From: an uncultured Verrucomicrobiae bacterium
Lineage (GTDB): Bacteria > Verrucomicrobiota > Verrucomicrobiia > Chthoniobacterales > JAFAMB01
Assembly: GCA_963813025.1 (NCBI GenBank)
Contig: CAWEXO010000011.1
Span: 160,001-224,000 of the forward strand
Length of the DNA stretch: 64,000 nt
Direction: 5' to 3'
Shown: positions 10,718 through 21,057 of the stretch, one piece after another
Numbering within the stretch: position 1 is the stretch's first letter
Layout of the letters: each line of letters opens with the position of its first letter
Notes under the pieces: generated by a model
Databases searched by the model: none
Told to the model about the DNA's origin: nothing
The model's input: only the letters and a program-made list of their open reading frames with translations
Made by a program: the position numbers and the translations under genes

Positions 10718-11107
10718 TCACGCTGAATCTGCGAGGACCGAGAGTTCCCAACGGTAACCGTCCGGATCGTGAAACCACAAGCCCATGTTGGCTGAGCCCG
10801 GAGCCTCCGGTCCGATTTCGTCACCCGGATCTTCGACCGCAACGCCAGCTTGCTTCAGATGTTCGAGTGCCTTTCGCAATTTCGCCATGCTAGGCAAATG
10901 AAATGACATGTGATCAAGCGTTTTCGGCGAGGGCGTTCCCTTGAACAACACGATCGTCACGTTGGCGTTGCCGACCGCAACGCCGTCTTCAAACTCAAAT
11001 TCAGGGGACAAGCCCAACGCGCGTTCGAACCATTCCGCGCTGCGTTTTGGATTACGAACAGCCAATCCGAAATGACCGACTGTTCCTAACGTGAAAGGAA
11101 CTTTCAT
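10718..11107 (-). CDS. VOC/glyoxalase family protein
   Basis: GHFGLAV, LDHMSF, LWFHDPDGYRWEL. Confidence 0.88.
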   Translation of the reverse strand: MKVPFTLGTVGHFGLAVRNPKRSAEWFERALGLSPEFEFEDGVAVGNANVTIVLFKGTPSPKTLDHMSFHLPSMAKLRKALEHLKQAGVAVEDPGDEIGPEAPGSANMGLWFHDPDGYRWELSVLADSA

Positions 11108-11241
11108 GGTAGTTATTGTAGCCGATCGGGCGAGGAGGTCGTTGAGAAGTTTGAGCTGGAGTTGCCCATGCGGCCGGCTCCGCGCGCATTAATGTCCGAA
11201 GAAACCACCAGCGGACCAGAAGAGGGCCTCGCGCGGAGACC

Positions 11242-12369
11242 TAGTGCCTAATTGCGTAAGTTAGTTATATGTATGGCGACTTTCCCCTGATGTACCTGGG
11301 ATTTGGTCCATTCGAAGGGAGCCGCATTGTTATTGTAGTTCTTGATGAAGGTGTCGATGGCGTTGCGCAGCTTTGCCACGCTGGCGAAGTTTGCCCCCTG
11401 GAGGGCTTGGCGGCTCAAGATACTAAACCAGATCTCAATCTGGTTGAGCCAAGAAGCGTGGGTTGGAGTGAAATGGAAATGCACATTGGGGTGAGCCTTC
11501 AACCAGCGATCTTGCTTTGGCTTATGGGTCGCAAGGTTGTCTAAGACCACATGAATTTCTTTGTCGAGATTTCCGGCAACTACCTGGTTCATAAACTCCA
11601 GGAATTCCCGTCGGCGCTGGCGCCGGTAATGACCAGCCTGCACTTGGCCGCTGGCAATGTTGAGGGCGGCAAAGAGAGTGGAGGTGCCATGGCGCTTGTA
11701 CTCGTGGCTAAAACCCGTCAGCGCCCTGCCATTGGGCAAGCGAATCCAACCTTGGGCTCTTTCCAGGGCTTGAATGGCTGGTTTTTCATCAATGGCCAAG
11801 ATGAGCGCATTCTGGGGCGGATTGAGATAAAGACCGACAATGTCAGCGGCCTTGCGCACAAACTCCGGATCGGTGGAAATGCACCAGCTGCGGCGCCGTT
11901 CCAATTCAATGCCTTGTTGGCGCAAAATGCGCCAGACTTGATCGGAGGAAACATCGGCCAGACTCTGCGCCAGCAGTCGCCCATTCCAGCGCCCGTAGCC
12001 CGCCGGTGGATCTTCATCCAGCAGCGCCAAGACCCGCTTGACCGTCATTTGATCATACTTGGCCGGCTTTCCACTGCGTGGCGCGTCTTCCAAGCCAGCC
12101 AGGCCTTGGCGCACAAAGCGCCGCCGCCATTTACTCACCGTCACCTCGGGAATGCGCAGGCTCTTGGCAATCGCACGTCCACTCAAGCCCGCTGCCGCCT
12201 TCAAGATAATCTGACTCCTGACCTTGAGCCGGTGTTCGACCCGTTGCGCTCGACTCCAACCCTCCAAGAGCTTGCGCTTTTCCACAGAAAGTTTGATGCG
12301 ACCCGTTGCCATCCATCCAACAAATCATAATTTTTCATAAATATAAAGAACTAAAGCAACTAAGTACTA
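11242..12369 (-). mobile_element. IS630-family insertion sequence
   Basis: Imperfect IRs TAGTGCCTAATTGCGTAAGTTAGTTATAT / TAGTACTTAGTTGCTTTAGTTCTTTATAT, CTAG at both junctions, single transposase. Confidence 0.9.
11248..12312 (-). CDS. IS630 transposase, intact ORF
   Basis: IDEKPAIQAL, HEYKRHGT, VVLDNLATHK, TPTHASWLNQIEIWF. Confidence 0.95.
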   Translation of the reverse strand: MATGRIKLSVEKRKLLEGWSRAQRVEHRLKVRSQIILKAAAGLSGRAIAKSLRIPEVTVSKWRRRFVRQGLAGLEDAPRSGKPAKYDQMTVKRVLALLDEDPPAGYGRWNGRLLAQSLADVSSDQVWRILRQQGIELERRRSWCISTDPEFVRKAADIVGLYLNPPQNALILAIDEKPAIQALERAQGWIRLPNGRALTGFSHEYKRHGTSTLFAALNIASGQVQAGHYRRQRRREFLEFMNQVVAGNLDKEIHVVLDNLATHKPKQDRWLKAHPNVHFHFTPTHASWLNQIEIWFSILSRQALQGANFASVAKLRNAIDTFIKNYNNNAAPFEWTKSQVHQGKVAIHITNLRN

Positions 12370-12410
12370 GCGCCGCGGAGCCGCAACCAGAGCGGCCGTG
12401 CAGAGTCCAG

Positions 12411-12467
12411 TGACAGGTTGGAAGCCTGTGCCACTTTCCCGCCGTGACACCGGCATCTTTGCCCGTG
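12411..12467. repeat. REP-like GTGG-hairpin pair (same family as 53553-53614)
   Basis: Reverse complement GGAAAGTGGCACAGGCTTCCAACCTGTCA nearly equals 53553-53582. Confidence 0.75.
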
Positions 12468-12494
12468 AGCCTTCAAACTGTTCAGCTCCTCGTA

Positions 12495-12595
12495 AATCCT
12501 CGCATGAAAAAAAGATTTTCACGGACAGTAGTACGGTGTGCATGGAGGTGTTGAAAAACACCCTCGGCGTACTCCGTGACCTCCGTGCGCGACTC
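12495..12595. repeat. CACGGAG-periodic palindromic intergenic repeat
   Basis: CTCCGTGACCTCCGTGCGCGACTC (12572-12595) is the near-exact reverse complement of 23412-23435. Confidence 0.7.
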
Positions 12596-13401
12596 AATGG
12601 ACAACAACGCCGAGCCCGGTGCAGCCCAAGACCTGCGCCGCCGTAAGCGCATAAACCCTCGCACATTGGACAATATTGCGGATTGGAACAAACTCGTTCG
12701 GTCCGTGGGAGACAGTCGGTAATCCCGGCCCATAGGCGAACGCGGGAATGCCGTGAGCTGCGTAGAATCGCGTTTCGAGCAGGTCCGGGCACATCTCGAA
12801 CGTGGGTTCTTTACCGGTCAGGCTCGCGATCTGACGCGACAGAATCACGCCGGGCGGATTTTGCGCCGGAGTCGCCGCCGCGGCTTCCTCCTGAAGCGTC
12901 TCGATTTCGAAACCTACCAACGCGTCGCACAACCGACATTTTCTTCTTCGAGGTTTTCTTCGGGATTAATGCGACGATCAACCGTGAAGGAACAGAAATC
13001 GGGCGTGACGTTGAAAATCGTACCTGCTTCGACCCGCCCGCCGAGCATCAGGATCGATCTTCGCGCCGCCGCCGGAGCGATGTCCTGCTGCGTTTCGCGG
13101 AGCTCGACTTCATTCTTAATTTCAACAAGCCGCACTATTGCCGGCAGCGCGCGTTCGAACGCGTTGAGGCCTTCGAATTGCCGACCGACGTGCGCCGCCT
13201 TCCCCCTGCATGGTGGCCCGCAGCGAAATGGCTCCGCGGTTGGCATTCCAGATGACGCCGCCGAGCACATTCCTCATATTGATTCCCTGGTGGATTTTCC
13301 GATGGAATCGCGATCAAACGCTGCGTAAGATCCAGCATCGCCGGCTCGGAAAGCCGCTCGCGGAGTCGGGCTTCAAGTGGCTTCGTATTTAAGGTCTCCA
13401 T
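12594..13401 (-). pseudogene. M20 peptidase (ArgE/DapE-like) with a large internal deletion and frameshifts
   Basis: LIAIPSENPPGNQYEECAR joins directly to GGVIWNANRGAISL..GKAAH; the HxD/EE metal-ligand segment is missing; C-terminal YGPG..SHGPNE present. Confidence 0.8.
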
Positions 13402-13482
13402 TCAGCAACTCAGACCAACACTGATCTGATTGCACACGTAAAGATCTGTTTACATCCGCAGTTTGTCCGCGAATCGTTTCTC

Positions 13483-13716
13483 GTGCGAAAGAAAGTTGTA
13501 CGTGCAGCAGGACCGATCGTGGTCGGGTTGATAACTTCTTTGGTCGCATGCCAAAGCGGAGGAAATGCCACTTCGAAGGCAGAAACAACGGATCCAAACG
13601 CGGCTTTCGCCCGGGGTGGCGCGCAGACAAGTGCTCCTACCGAAACGCCGAGCGGTGTTTCATCTCGTAAAGGGGGGCTTTTGCGAGGGGCTGACACAGA
13701 AAGCCAGAGTCGGTGA
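13483..13716 (+). CDS. Small putative lipoprotein
   Basis: Basic N-terminus, hydrophobic stretch, lipobox LVAC, then a low-complexity polar tail. Confidence 0.5.
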   Translation: MRKKVVRAAGPIVVGLITSLVACQSGGNATSKAETTDPNAAFARGGAQTSAPTETPSGVSSRKGGLLRGADTESQSR

Positions 13717-13726
13717 GACATGACAA

Positions 13727-14779
13727 TCATTGAGCCGGAAGCAAAACCGCTTTCACGATTTCGCCGGAATGCATGGCTTCAAATGCGTCGTGCCACTCAG
13801 CCAAAGGCGAAATGCGACTGAACTCCGGACCGATATCCAATTGATCCGAGGAAAGCAAACGGATGACCCGTTCCCAGATCGGCCAGTTATGCGAAAAGCT
13901 GCCCTGCAATGTCACGGCTTTCTGAACTAACGGATCGAGCGAAAAATTGAACGGTTGCGGTCCCCAACCAACTTTGCTGATCTGGCCGGCAGGCCGGACA
14001 ATATCGATGGCGAGCTTCAGCGTGGCGGAAACCCCAGCGGCATCGAGCACGACATCAAAACCGTACCCATCGCGCAGCGATCGGGTCCACGCGACAATGT
14101 CTTCGCCGTTGGCGCCGAGGGTCGCGGACGCGCCGATCTGCTCGGCGACCTGCAATCGACGCGTATCCGCGGCGTGCCGATGACAACTATCTCACCGGCG
14201 CCGGCGAGCTTTGCCATCGACGGCACAGAGCAGACCGATCGGCCCAGGTCCAATGACCGCTACCGCGTCGCCGGGAGCAATGCGGGCGTTGCCGCACGTG
14301 GCGTTGTAAGCAACACAGCAGGGCTCGGTCAGGGCTGCGACTTCAAAGGGCAGCGTAACGGGAATGTGGTGCAGGACGCGTTCCGGCACTTTCGTGTAGT
14401 GCGTCATGGCGCCGTCAACTCCGAACCCAAACCCGCGCCGGCCGGGATCCAGGTTATAGAGGCCGCGATGAACAAAAGGCGAGTTTTCATCGATGAACGC
14501 CGCGGTTTCGCTGACCACTCGATCGCCTTCCTTGAAACCGCGAACGTTCTTGCCGACTTGAGCAATTACCCCACCGAACTCGTGGCCTAATATAACCGGA
14601 TAGTTTATTTTCCAGCTATGCTGCTCATAGGCCACGTGAATATCGGTGCCGCACACGCCGACCGCTTGAACGGCTAACAGCACGTCCTGATCGCCGATTT
14701 CCGGAACCGGAACTTCGCGGAGCTCCACACTGTGAGGTTCGGGCCCATAGTTAACAACAGCGGGCATCTTCTTATTCAT
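13727..14779 (-). CDS. Zn-dependent sugar/alcohol dehydrogenase (MDR), frameshifted near 14190
   Basis: GVCGTD, GHEFGG, GPGPIG; C-terminal half in the 13727-14155 frame. Confidence 0.85.
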
Positions 14780-14983
14780 GAATGATGACGAAATCTAAAG
14801 TTAAGATTTAGGAATCGTTCGTTGAGCGGCATTATCCCATGAGCCGGAGTTAAAACACGGAGTTCAAGCCAACGAGATTGTTGCGTATGGCCCGCAACGT
14901 CGCCGCTTCCAAACGAAAAAGCCGCGAACCGTCCAATGCGTTCCAAATCCGATTGCAAATTTGCGCTCATGCGAGTGAAGACA

Positions 14984-15805
14984 ATGCTTATGGACCCTTG
15001 CCATCGCCTTCAGCACCTTGGCGTTCCCGGACACAACCCTGGCGGAGGCTACTTCGCTTGGCCGCTCCTGGGGCTACGCTGGCGTCGAGCTGCGGCTCAT
15101 CGATGGCCAACTGATTGATCTTCGATGCCCGCTACCGAACGCGTCGGGTGAAGCAGACGTGCACTGCCGCCGACTTGCCGATTGTTTCCGTCGACAGCTC
15201 GATCCTTCTCACAGCCGACGATGCTGGATCCCAACTCCGTGGGTTTCTCGAACTAGCGAACGAATGGGAATCGCCAGTCATTCGCGTCTACGGCGGTCCA
15301 TTGGCCGAAGAGCCGGGGGCACGCCGGACACAGATGGAGGCTGCGGCAAGGGTGCTCCAGGGAGCGATCCCCATCGCCGAACGGCTCGGTGTGGCCATCG
15401 CCATCGAGACCCACGACGCCTTCTCGGCCTCTTCGGTGGTTGCGGAGCTGCTGGCAATGGTAGAGTCGAAGTGGGTCGGCGCCTTGTGGGACACCCATCA
15501 CCCTCACCGGATGGGAGAATCGTCCGACCGAGGTCTACGAGCACATCGGCCCTCGGGTCTTGCACGTGCAAGTCAAGGATGCCCGACGCTCAGCGGAGCA
15601 CAAAGGTGGCTGGCAGCTCGTACCTCTGGGCGAGGGAGAGGTACCGGTTCGGGAGATAATCGGATTGCTGGCTGCCGGTGGTTACGATGGGTATCTCTCG
15701 GTCGAGTGGGAAAAGTACTGGCACCCGGAGATCGAAAAGCCCGAGATCGCGCTGCCCCAGCACCTGAAAGTGCTCGCCGAATGGACACAGAACCTTGTGA
15801 GGTGA
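14984..15805 (+). CDS. Sugar phosphate isomerase/epimerase (xylose isomerase-like TIM barrel), several frameshifts
   Basis: AFSTLAFPD, GYAGVEL, IETHD, WDTHH, HVQVKD, LGEGEVP, GYLSVEWE spread across frames. Confidence 0.8.
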
Positions 15806-15825
15806 CGAGTGTCCCTCGTCCCGAG

Positions 15826-15866
15826 TGACCCGGGAACCGGGACTCGGGACTCGGAACACGGAACTG
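15826..15866. repeat. 7-nt periodic tandem repeat between convergent genes
   Basis: CGGGAAC CGGGACT CGGGACT CGGAACA CGGAACT. Confidence 0.6.
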
Positions 15867-16922
15867 CTACGCGGCGCTCGCCGCAGAGGCCCGGCTCCGG
15901 CGATACAATTCAGGCAACGGCAGGGATTTCACGACTGCCCGGCCACCGTTGGACATGGAAACCAGTACTGCCTCCGTTATAGTCGCCGCGCGATAGCCGT
16001 CCCACGCATCGGCCCCATCTACCGGAACTCCTTCGGTATTACCCGAACGCCAACGAAAAATTGCGTCAACCCAGCTCTGCAACTCAAGCCGGTATGCCAC
16101 GGCAAAGCGGCCTCGCCAATCCGGGGGGATGTCCTGGCAGATTTTCAAACCAGAGCGCACAACTGTCCGTGCAGTCGCAGCCAACTCAACTGTACCTTTC
16201 TCGCCGACGATTTCACATCGGATCTCGTAACCATATCTAGATCGCATCAAGATTTCGACGATGACAAGCGCGCCACCCTCAAGTTCCAAAATCATCACCT
16301 GCGGGTCCGGCAACTTGCCGCCAGCCGCTCGGATTGGGGAAAACCAGTTCACCGCGACCACCTCCCGGCCGAATAGCCACGGCATCACGTCAAACTCATG
16401 CACAGCCGAGCTGATCACCGTGTCTTCCGCGGTCCAGCGCGCCGGTGCGCGGAGGTTGCGGTGCGCACAATGGGCCAGCAATGGAGTGCCGGCTATTCCC
16501 GATACGATTTGTTTACGCAGTTCGACATATCCTGGATCAAATCGCCGCATGAATCCCACCTGCACAAGACGTAACCCTGCAGCCTCTTCATGACGCAGGA
16601 TAGCCTCACATTCGGTCACCGTCGGTGCGAGCGGCTTCTCGCAAAGAACTGGTTTGCGCGCGGCGATAGTCGCGATGACGTAGCCGGCATGCGTCGTGTT
16701 GCTCGAAGCGATGATCACAGCGTCCACCTCAGGCGACCAAATGAGGTCCTCAGCTGATGCGAGCGCTCTTGCACCGGGAACATGTGCGGCCATGCTTTCG
16801 GCACGCTTCAGGTCGATATCCGCGATCGCCCGTACTTCTGCTCCAGAAATCGCGGAGGCAATAATGTTAATGTGTTCGGCTCCCATATTACCGATGCCAA
16901 TCACTCCGATACCTAGATTCAT
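15867..16922 (-). CDS. iolG: Gfo/Idh/MocA oxidoreductase, myo-inositol 2-dehydrogenase-like
   Basis: GIGNMG, CEKP, QVGFMRRFD, SAVHEFD, YGYEIRCE, AWDGY. Confidence 0.75.
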   Translation of the reverse strand: MNLGIGVIGIGNMGAEHINIIASAISGAEVRAIADIDLKRAESMAAHVPGARALASAEDLIWSPEVDAVIIASSNTTHAGYVIATIAARKPVLCEKPLAPTVTECEAILRHEEAAGLRLVQVGFMRRFDPGYVELRKQIVSGIAGTPLLAHCAHRNLRAPARWTAEDTVISSAVHEFDVMPWLFGREVVAVNWFSPIRAAGGKLPDPQVMILELEGGALVIVEILMRSRYGYEIRCEIVGEKGTVELAATARTVVRSGLKICQDIPPDWRGRFAVAYRLELQSWVDAIFRWRSGNTEGVPVDGADAWDGYRAATITEAVLVSMSNGGRAVVKSLPLPELYRRSRASAASAA

Positions 16923-17184
16923 TGTGGTGGGTCCTTAAACGCCTTCTTCGAGAAGCAAGGGTTTTCGTCAGAATTCAAAGAAAAGGATCTGGTAAATATC
17001 GCGGCCAGCTTAGCACCAATGGGCGCGAGCAGTCACTACTGATAGCGCGGAAGCCGGACAGCGATGGGGTACTCGCCACGCAGCCCGATCTTTTCGACGA
17101 GCCAGAGCACAGGGGTTAAGCCAGAGAAATAGTGGAAAGCGCGTCCATGGCTCACGGTCAATTACTTCTGAAGACATATTCGTA

Positions 17185-18321
17185 TCACTTTGGAGTGGTC
17201 CCGAGATACTGATAGAGGAGGTCACGCCAAGCCGGTTCGTGAATTTTGCGCAATAACACCCGGTTTATTCCTTCACGCAGAGGACTGCCTTCCTTGAGCG
17301 CGAAGGCATAAAGTTGAGTCTCCAGATCCAATCGGATAACGATAAACTGACCGCGAAACTTGCTGCGGATGATGTTGCGCAAGAACGGCTCATCATAAAA
17401 CACGGCCTGAATCTTCCCGGCTTTGAGTGCCGCAAATAGGTCGTTTCGGGAAAAGGCCTGATAGTCAATATGGTTTTCCTCGAGGTATTCCGCCGTTGAG
17501 CTATTCGCGAATGTGCCAACACGAATCCGTCGAAGATCATCAAGACCCCGAATGTCAGACTCTCGTCCGAGTCGCTCCGCGGTGAGGATTGAAGCGATGC
17601 TTGCCGTGAATGTCGAGATTAGCACCACGCTGATTAACATCCAGGAAACGGCAATCACCCGTCCTGTTAAAGTCTTGGGAGTAATATCGCCATAGCCAAT
17701 CCCGGTCATCGTTACCGACGACCACCAGACAGCACTGCCGAAACCGGCGCTTCTTTTGCCGCCGAATTGCTCGGGGTTTTTTTTGCGCTCGCAGAGCCAG
17801 ACTAGCGCTGCCACGACCACCATGACCAACAAAAGGCCAAGCACGATTCGGACAAACGCTCGGAGGATGTGCAAACTGGCGACGGACAACCGGTCCGGCC
17901 GTATAGCGACAGCCAGACTCGAACTGTAGTAGGGCTGAGTAAAGTCGCAGACTTCTTCGCGGCGCTCCGTGATCGTCAGGGGGCCGACCGCGATATCGAG
18001 CCAGCCCTCTGCAAGACCAGCGAAATATCCGCTCAAATCTGTCTCGCGAATCTCGAAATTGAGTCCCAGTTCGCTAGCAATCTGGCGCCAGAGCTCAACA
18101 CTTATCCCGGTCCAGGTACCATCAGCGTTTCGGATGTTAAATGGCGGACCAACAGCCAAGCCGACGACAAGCTTTTTGTTGGGAATTGGCGGCAGCGGTC
18201 TTGGCGGCGGCAGGGACTCGTCGCGAGGCCCGGCGGCGATCGTCCAGGAAGCTATCAAACACAGAAGTCCGGCACACGAAGCGATTGTTCGTCTCATTTG
18301 ACTAGGCAAAAATTTTGACAT
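17185..18321 (-). CDS. GluR0-like ligand-gated channel (split substrate-binding domain around a TM-P-TM pore)
   Basis: PPF..GISVELW, LTITERRE..DFTQPY, pore WWSSVTMTGIGYGDITPKT, second lobe SPLREGINRVLL. Confidence 0.88.
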   Translation of the reverse strand: MSKFLPSQMRRTIASCAGLLCLIASWTIAAGPRDESLPPPRPLPPIPNKKLVVGLAVGPPFNIRNADGTWTGISVELWRQIASELGLNFEIRETDLSGYFAGLAEGWLDIAVGPLTITERREEVCDFTQPYYSSSLAVAIRPDRLSVASLHILRAFVRIVLGLLLVMVVVAALVWLCERKKNPEQFGGKRSAGFGSAVWWSSVTMTGIGYGDITPKTLTGRVIAVSWMLISVVLISTFTASIASILTAERLGRESDIRGLDDLRRIRVGTFANSSTAEYLEENHIDYQAFSRNDLFAALKAGKIQAVFYDEPFLRNIIRSKFRGQFIVIRLDLETQLYAFALKEGSPLREGINRVLLRKIHEPAWRDLLYQYLGTTPK

Positions 18322-18526
18322 CGTCTTGGATTCCTAAAAAAACAGGTTCGTCACCGTTGGATTACTCCTGACTAACCTCTTCTTGGACCAGACGCGATGC
18401 GATTGTGATCGAAGTGACAGCAGCGCTGCCTTTCTGTTCCAACAGACTGACGCGGTTACCGTGCAGTGGGAGGGATACTATCTCGTTCGCATCAATGCCG
18501 GTCCGGAGCGATTCCCCTATCTATCT

Positions 18527-19435
18527 TCACCGGCCTGCATTTGCGGCAATTAAGTTGAGATCGGCGATCGTTTGCGGAGGCAGTTGGAGCGTTGCAGCTT
18601 TGACGTTCTCGCGGAGATGCTTCACGGACGAGGTACCGGGAATCAGGAGGATGTTCGGGGCCCGCTGCAACAGCCATGCGAGAGCGATCTGCATGGGCGT
18701 TGCCTGCAGTGACGCTGCTGCTGCTTCAAGTGCCGATGACTGTAAAGGATTGAACCCGCCTAGCGGAAAGAACGGCACATACGCTATGCCTTGGTGCGCG
18801 AGTTCCCCGATGAATCCGTCATCGTTGCGTTGCGCCACGTTGTACAGGTTCTGCACGCAGACTATCTCGGTTACCTTCTGAGCCTCCGCCAACTGGCCTG
18901 GACTGACATTGCTCAGACCGAGATGACGAATCAATCCTTGAACTTTGAGTTCGGCAAGCACACTCAAGGGTTCTTTAACGGAAGCCTCTGATGGCCAGTT
19001 GACTCCTCCGACTCGAAGATTCACTGCGTCAAGCCTATCGAGTCCTAGATTTCGGAGGTTGTCATGAATGGAGCCGATCAGCTCTTGGCGGGACAGTGCA
19101 TGAACCCACGACTTATCATCACCACGGCGAGCGCCCACCTTACTGACAATCACCAGCCCCTCTGGATAGGGGTGAAGAGCCTGCCGGATGATTTGGTTAG
19201 TGATGTGCGGACCGTAAAAGTCGGCCGTGTCGATATGGTTGATTCCGAGTGCTACCGCCTCGCGCAGCACAGCAACGGCTGCATCCATATCGCGGGGCGG
19301 CCCCCAGACGCCCGGCCCAGCGAGCTGCATGGCACCATATCCTAACCGGTTCACGGTTATGGAAGTACCGGGCAGAGTGAAGCTGCCACCGAGATTCGTT
19401 TGAGCAGTCGCGCGGGTGTCGCTGGTCGGTTTCAT
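18527..19435 (-). CDS. Aldo/keto reductase
   Basis: RLGYGAMQL, IDTADFYG, LGLSNV, IPGTSSVKHLREN. Confidence 0.92.
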   Translation of the reverse strand: MKPTSDTRATAQTNLGGSFTLPGTSITVNRLGYGAMQLAGPGVWGPPRDMDAAVAVLREAVALGINHIDTADFYGPHITNQIIRQALHPYPEGLVIVSKVGARRGDDKSWVHALSRQELIGSIHDNLRNLGLDRLDAVNLRVGGVNWPSEASVKEPLSVLAELKVQGLIRHLGLSNVSPGQLAEAQKVTEIVCVQNLYNVAQRNDDGFIGELAHQGIAYVPFFPLGGFNPLQSSALEAAAASLQATPMQIALAWLLQRAPNILLIPGTSSVKHLRENVKAATLQLPPQTIADLNLIAANAGR

Positions 19436-19483
19436 TAGAGTAAGGAGACTCTTCTGCGAGACGCGGGGAATTGCAAAATGGGG

Positions 19484-20047
19484 CTACTCTCCCGCTTTCA
19501 AGGCCATATGCACGGTGGGAAGAACCGCATCGGCCAGCTCGTCGGCCGAATTCTTTTTTTCGCGACTCCATTGTAACGCGGCGCCGGCGATCGCCCAGCT
19601 CACCATCGTCGCCTTGAGTTCCGGGTTCTTGGCTCCACGCTGACGAAGCCCGGCCATCAAGGACTCGCGCATGACAGACTTTACCTGGAACTCAACCATC
19701 GGCTCGAATTGACGCTGGTGTTTTTGACAGCCGGAAGAGACTTCAGCCAGAAAGTCGCACGCCGCCAGGATCAATTGCCTCAACGCCGTTTCGCAAGTGC
19801 CTTCGCTTCCCGCCGTCCGCGCGGCGATCAAGGCGCCGAATCGCTCGCCCATCATGGCTTCGAGCAGGGCGAACTTGTCCGTGAAGTGATCATAAAAGGT
19901 AGCCCGGTTGAGCGTAGAGCGTTCGGCAATGTCCTGCACTGTGATGAGGTCGAAGGTTTTCTCCGAGAGCAGTGAGTGAAACGCATCGAAGAGCATCTGT
20001 CTGGTGCGCCGGATGCGCGGGTCAAGTTTCGCTGGTGCGACCGGCAT
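19484..20047 (-). CDS. TetR/AcrR family regulator
   Basis: DPRIRRTR...ITVQDIAERSTLNRATFYDHFTDK. Confidence 0.9.
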   Translation of the reverse strand: MPVAPAKLDPRIRRTRQMLFDAFHSLLSEKTFDLITVQDIAERSTLNRATFYDHFTDKFALLEAMMGERFGALIAARTAGSEGTCETALRQLILAACDFLAEVSSGCQKHQRQFEPMVEFQVKSVMRESLMAGLRQRGAKNPELKATMVSWAIAGAALQWSREKKNSADELADAVLPTVHMALKAGE

Positions 20048-20157
20048 GCATGCAGGGTAGCGTTTGACAACCTTTCCGTCCAATGATGTATTCACAACAT
20101 CTGTCGTTTTCCGATCTCACTGATGACAGTCTAAACCCAAATCGAAAGGAACCCATC

Positions 20158-20595
20158 ATGACTACCGCAAAGAATCTGACCAAAGAACCGCCGCGCAGCC
20201 CTCGTTATCACCTCGGCAATTATGCGCTCATGGCCCGCATGATAGACAAAGGCCGTGCCGATCTTCAAGGTACTGTCGGCGAATATCACTTCGCCTGTCC
20301 GCTCGACCAAATGATCTTTAACTTTAAGGGCGTACAGGCCGACGAAGTTAAGAAGCTGCTTGCTTCCGGCACAAGTGACGAGCAAGTCGTATCTTGGTTC
20401 GACACTCATGGCGAAAAGAAGACGGCCGAGGAAATCAAGGCATGGTCCAGCCAAGTCGAAGGCTACCGTCCTTATGACGATCCGGAAAAGAGAGACTGGT
20501 TTTCCGAAGAATGCGCGAAAGTGGGGCTCAAACCGGAGAATTCAACTCTGGTTGAGTACCTGGAAGCCGACGATGCCGCTAGTTTCAAAAGCTAA
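20158..20595 (+). CDS. DUF5069 family protein
   Basis: PRSPR..LG....ARMIDKGRA...GEYHFACPLD; AAGGA Shine-Dalgarno upstream. Confidence 0.8.
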   Translation: MTTAKNLTKEPPRSPRYHLGNYALMARMIDKGRADLQGTVGEYHFACPLDQMIFNFKGVQADEVKKLLASGTSDEQVVSWFDTHGEKKTAEEIKAWSSQVEGYRPYDDPEKRDWFSEECAKVGLKPENSTLVEYLEADDAASFKS

Positions 20596-20607
20596 AGATA
20601 ACAGGGC

Positions 20608-20640
20608 AGAAGGGCGGCGGACTTGCTCCGCCGTCCTTCT
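20608..20640 (+). terminator. Strong hairpin after the DUF5069 gene
   Basis: AGAAGGGCGGCGGA-CTTGC-TCCGCCGTCCTTCT. Confidence 0.55.
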
Positions 20641-21057
20641 TCGTCGTTCAGTTCGTCGCCGTAAACATCGGCGATGAAATAGCTCTCTGGCTTGCTCAAA
20701 ACCTCCTCGGTGAATTCTTTGGTAACGACTGAACCCGTCGCGTTCGGCTTTGTCGCATAGGCGGTGTCTTAAAAAAGGCAACTGACCTGCGGCGATGCCA
20801 TCATTATAGGCGAGACGGTGCAATAGTTGGCGCGGACGAAATTAGTGCTGGTTTGATGGACCGCGCTTACCTCAGTTTGGCGAGCGCGAACGAGTACATC
20901 ACTATGCTTTTTTCAAGCGCCACATCGTCAGCTCCTGCGGTTCCCCCCGCCGCCATCGCGTTTCGGCCCTGGCCGGCCGCAAAGACCCCCTACCACTAAA
21001 ACGGTCCGGACGACGCAATAAGGATAATAGCCCGCCCCACTTTATGAAGATCAATCG

